From a virus: a stretch of DNA of 43,457 nt. Each line of letters opens with the position of its first letter. Positions within the stretch are counted from its first letter, which is position 1. Below are positions 41,953 through 43,457 of the stretch, piece by piece. A model generated the notes under the pieces. It saw only the letters and a program-made list of their open reading frames with translations, was not told the DNA's origin and searched no databases. The position numbers and the translations under genes were made by a program. The DNA lies in IMG/VR virus record IMGVR_UViG_3300002858_000001, positions 1 to 43,457 of that record; one strand, given 5' to 3'.

Positions 41953-42651
41953 ATGTCTGCAGACGGTGCAAATTTGTTGCTAACGGAGGCTGGGGGCCTC
42001 ATTACAGGCGCGGCCGTCACGGCCGGGCTGGCGGGTCTGGGCTGGTTGTGGCGGGCGCAGCACCTTGGCCGTGCCCAATCGGCGGACCAGCAGGTGAAGC
42101 TATTGCAAAGTCTGGAAAGCAGGCTGGCCACGCTTGACCGGCAAGTCACGGAGCGAGATCTGCGGATTGATCACCTGATGGCCGAACGCCAGCAGCATGC
42201 GGAGCAGTTACTGCGCGCCAACCTAGCCCTCGCTGACAAGGCCACCCCGCCCGTTTCCACCCTTAAGGCGTTGATTGACAACGACCCCGGCCTGATGTTC
42301 GCCAAGCGCCGGATTGGGCCCGGCCAGTTTGTCATGGTGCGGGTGTCTCCGCTTTATGCGGAGTTGTATCTGGGCGGTTCGCCATATGATTATGACGGCA
42401 AGGCAGACTCGGAAATCTGGCCGCGCGCCATTGCCGAACACTTCGCGGAAAATGACGAGCGCATTTACCGCACGCAGAAAGGCGAATTTGTCAGGGAGCC
42501 TGCCAATAGCCCGTTCACGGGGGTCCGGGGCACCTTCCATGGCCGCAAGTATCCCGTGCAGCTGCATGACCGCGAGGACTACATAATCGCCGTTGGTGAG
42601 CATCTGACGCCCAATGATGACCAGCCGGAATTATTCAGTGCGGCGGCCTGA
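41953..42651 (+). CDS. Membrane-anchored coiled-coil protein with C-terminal PAS-like domain
   Basis: ATG at 41953 follows GGAAGGGG. TM helix LITGAAVTAGLAGLGWLW. Coiled coil QQVKLLQSLESRLATLDRQVTERDLRIDHLMAERQQ. The C-terminus DPGLMFAKR...VRVSPLYAELYLG...GKADSEIWPRAIAEHFAENDERIYRTQKGEF...RKYPVQLHDREDYIIAVGEH follows the PAS-fold pattern. No output domain. Confidence 0.6.
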   Translation: MSADGANLLLTEAGGLITGAAVTAGLAGLGWLWRAQHLGRAQSADQQVKLLQSLESRLATLDRQVTERDLRIDHLMAERQQHAEQLLRANLALADKATPPVSTLKALIDNDPGLMFAKRRIGPGQFVMVRVSPLYAELYLGGSPYDYDGKADSEIWPRAIAEHFAENDERIYRTQKGEFVREPANSPFTGVRGTFHGRKYPVQLHDREDYIIAVGEHLTPNDDQPELFSAAA

Positions 42652-42819
42652 CTGGCGCCGTTCCACTTCCTTGGCCAGCGCGGCGTCCACCAGTCTGGCC
42701 AGTTCCTGCACCTTGCCATTGCGGGCGGCCGGAAACAGCAGGCCGGTGCCAAGTTCATCAATGATCTGCTGCGCCTTGATGGTCTGCAACGCAAGGTAAA
42801 TGACGTCCATGCGTTTCAT
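42631..42819 (-). CDS. Hypothetical 62-aa protein
   Basis: Internal ATG at 42819, 17 nt downstream of the preceding minus-strand gene's stop. The 3' end overlaps the PAS-like gene tail-to-tail by 21 nt. Confidence 0.45.
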   Translation of the reverse strand: MKRMDVIYLALQTIKAQQIIDELGTGLLFPAARNGKVQELARLVDAALAKEVERRQSGRRTE

Positions 42820-42835
42820 GGGCTTGCTGGCCGGT

Positions 42836-43177
42836 TCACTGTTCCAGCTGTTTGGCCATGGCCCGCTCCAGCCGGGCCTTGTAAACCATGGCCGCGTTTT
42901 CCACCGCCTTGCGCTCGTCATCTGGCGCGGTCTGGTCAAGAAAGCAGCCAGATAAGGCCGGGTCTGAGAGTTTGCGCAGCACCGGCAGGCGGTCAATGTG
43001 GACGATGGTGTCGCATTCGCCCGCCCAGATATGGGCGCAGCTGGAAAGCCCCTCCGACTCGGTCAGGATTTCGGAAATGGTGCCGTTGGCATTAATGAGC
43101 GCATCGCCCGCGCACCACGCAAAGGCTGGGGCGGCGGGAAGTGTTGCCAGAATGGCTGCGGTGCAAATCGCTTTCAT
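42836..43177 (-). CDS. Secreted 4-Cys protein (113 aa)
   Basis: Internal ATG at 43177. Signal peptide MKAICTAAILATLPAAPAFA. Mature part has four cysteines. No family recognised. Confidence 0.5.
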   Translation of the reverse strand: MKAICTAAILATLPAAPAFAWCAGDALINANGTISEILTESEGLSSCAHIWAGECDTIVHIDRLPVLRKLSDPALSGCFLDQTAPDDERKAVENAAMVYKARLERAMAKQLEQ

Positions 43178-43245
43178 GGATACAGGACTAGGGTGCCCGG
43201 CCGGGTTTGGCAATTCCGGGGGCGCCCGGCGCGCACCTGGACGTG

Positions 43246-43260
43246 GCGAACCGGGTTCGC
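43246..43260. repeat. Dispersed palindrome copy 9 (GCGAACCGGGTTCGC)
   Basis: Intergenic, 69 nt upstream of the ATG at 43177 of the minus-strand accessory operon. Confidence 0.9.
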
Positions 43261-43269
43261 TGGCTGTTC

Positions 43270-43404
43270 TATTTCCCCCCCATTTTTCCCCATATTTTCC
43301 CCAACGTTCCGCGTCTGTTCACGCCATTTCGTGACAATTGGCAGCAATTCGCGGCAATTCGGCCTTGCCCCAAATCCCCAATATATATAGGGATTTCGGG
43401 CGTT
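43270..43404. promoter_or_regulatory. attR arm: phased repeats (candidate arm-type Int/Xis sites) and possible promoter for the downstream tRNA
   Basis: TTTTCCCCA at 43284..43292 and 43295..43303, with a degenerate copy at 43271..43283. A 10-bp-phased triplet CAATTGGCAG/CAATTCGCGG/CAATTCGGCC lies at 43335..43364. Inverted repeat AAATCCC (43372..43378) / GGGATTT (43390..43396) flanks the TATATATA box 9-20 nt upstream of the tRNA 5' end. Confidence 0.5.
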
Positions 43405-43457
43405 GGAGAGGTGGCCGAGTGGCTTAAGGCGCGCCCCTGCTAAGGGCGGTTAACTTT
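43405..43457 (+). tRNA. attR core = 5' part of tRNA-Ser(GCU), running off the window
   Basis: Identical to 1..53. Cloverleaf elements up to the start of the variable arm, anticodon GCT. The 3' part lies beyond the window, so intactness cannot be verified. Confidence 0.7.

Larger units (their letters stand above)
1..43457. mobile_element. Complete integrated temperate tailed-phage genome (prophage), attL to attR
   Basis: Perfect 53-bp direct repeat at both window ends. Integrase lies next to the left repeat. A full set of lysogeny, replication, packaging, head, tail, fibre and lysis genes lies in canonical order between the repeats. Confidence 0.9.

Noticed and set aside
41953-42651. The TM-coiled-coil protein as a conventional i-spanin (Rz) paired with the upstream lipoprotein as o-spanin.
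   Set aside because: Not adopted as the primary call. The order is reversed relative to usual Rz/Rz1 pairs, a strong terminator separates the two genes, the lipoprotein is far larger than o-spanins, and the C-terminal half looks like a PAS fold. It remains an alternative, noted in the findings.
1-43457. CRISPR arrays, IS elements or transposases, rRNA genes, and additional tRNA genes.
   Set aside because: No regularly spaced direct repeats with unique spacers, no transposase-like ORFs or terminal inverted repeats, and no other cloverleaf-like sequences were seen on either strand.

Overview
The window is one complete, GC-rich temperate tailed-phage genome in the integrated state. It is bounded by a perfect 53-bp direct repeat (1..53 = 43405..43457) that corresponds to the 5' half of a tRNA-Ser(GCU) gene. 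Gene order, left to right: attL; tyrosine integrase and an Xis-like HTH protein (minus strand); a six-gene, translationally coupled early-left operon dominated by a 704-aa ParB-family protein; an XRE cI-like repressor and a divergent Cro-like gene with AT-rich operators; an early-right operon (two orphan N6-adenine methyltransferases in the phage overall, a zinc-finger protein, a phage beta sliding clamp, a DUF550-like pyrophosphohydrolase, and a replication-initiator-like gene with internal iterons); a structured ~400-bp non-coding early/late junction that is the likely cos region; a lambda-type packaging and head module (Nu1-like TerS, methyltransferase, GpA-type TerL, W, portal B, S49 protease/scaffold C, decoration D, capsid E); a tail module with a canonical GGGAAAG -1 frameshift, tape measure, DUF1833, NlpC/P60 and an I-J-like 1397-aa tip protein; a fibre/receptor-binding module; DUF1353 plus a GH108 endolysin; an attR-proximal accessory island; attR. 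The signal not explained by any gene call is a 15-bp palindrome, GCGAACCSGGTTCGC. It occurs nine times across the phage, and five copies sit at operon or gene boundaries. I propose it is a KorB/ParB-style operator (parS-like) network for the phage ParB-family protein, but it could instead be a host-wide palindromic repeat. Other points worth follow-up are integration into the 5' rather than the 3' half of the tRNA, phased arm-type repeats, candidate ori iterons, the structured early/late junction, and a membrane-anchored PAS-like protein converging with a small secreted-protein operon next to attR. All function calls come from motif recognition by eye. No database search was run.
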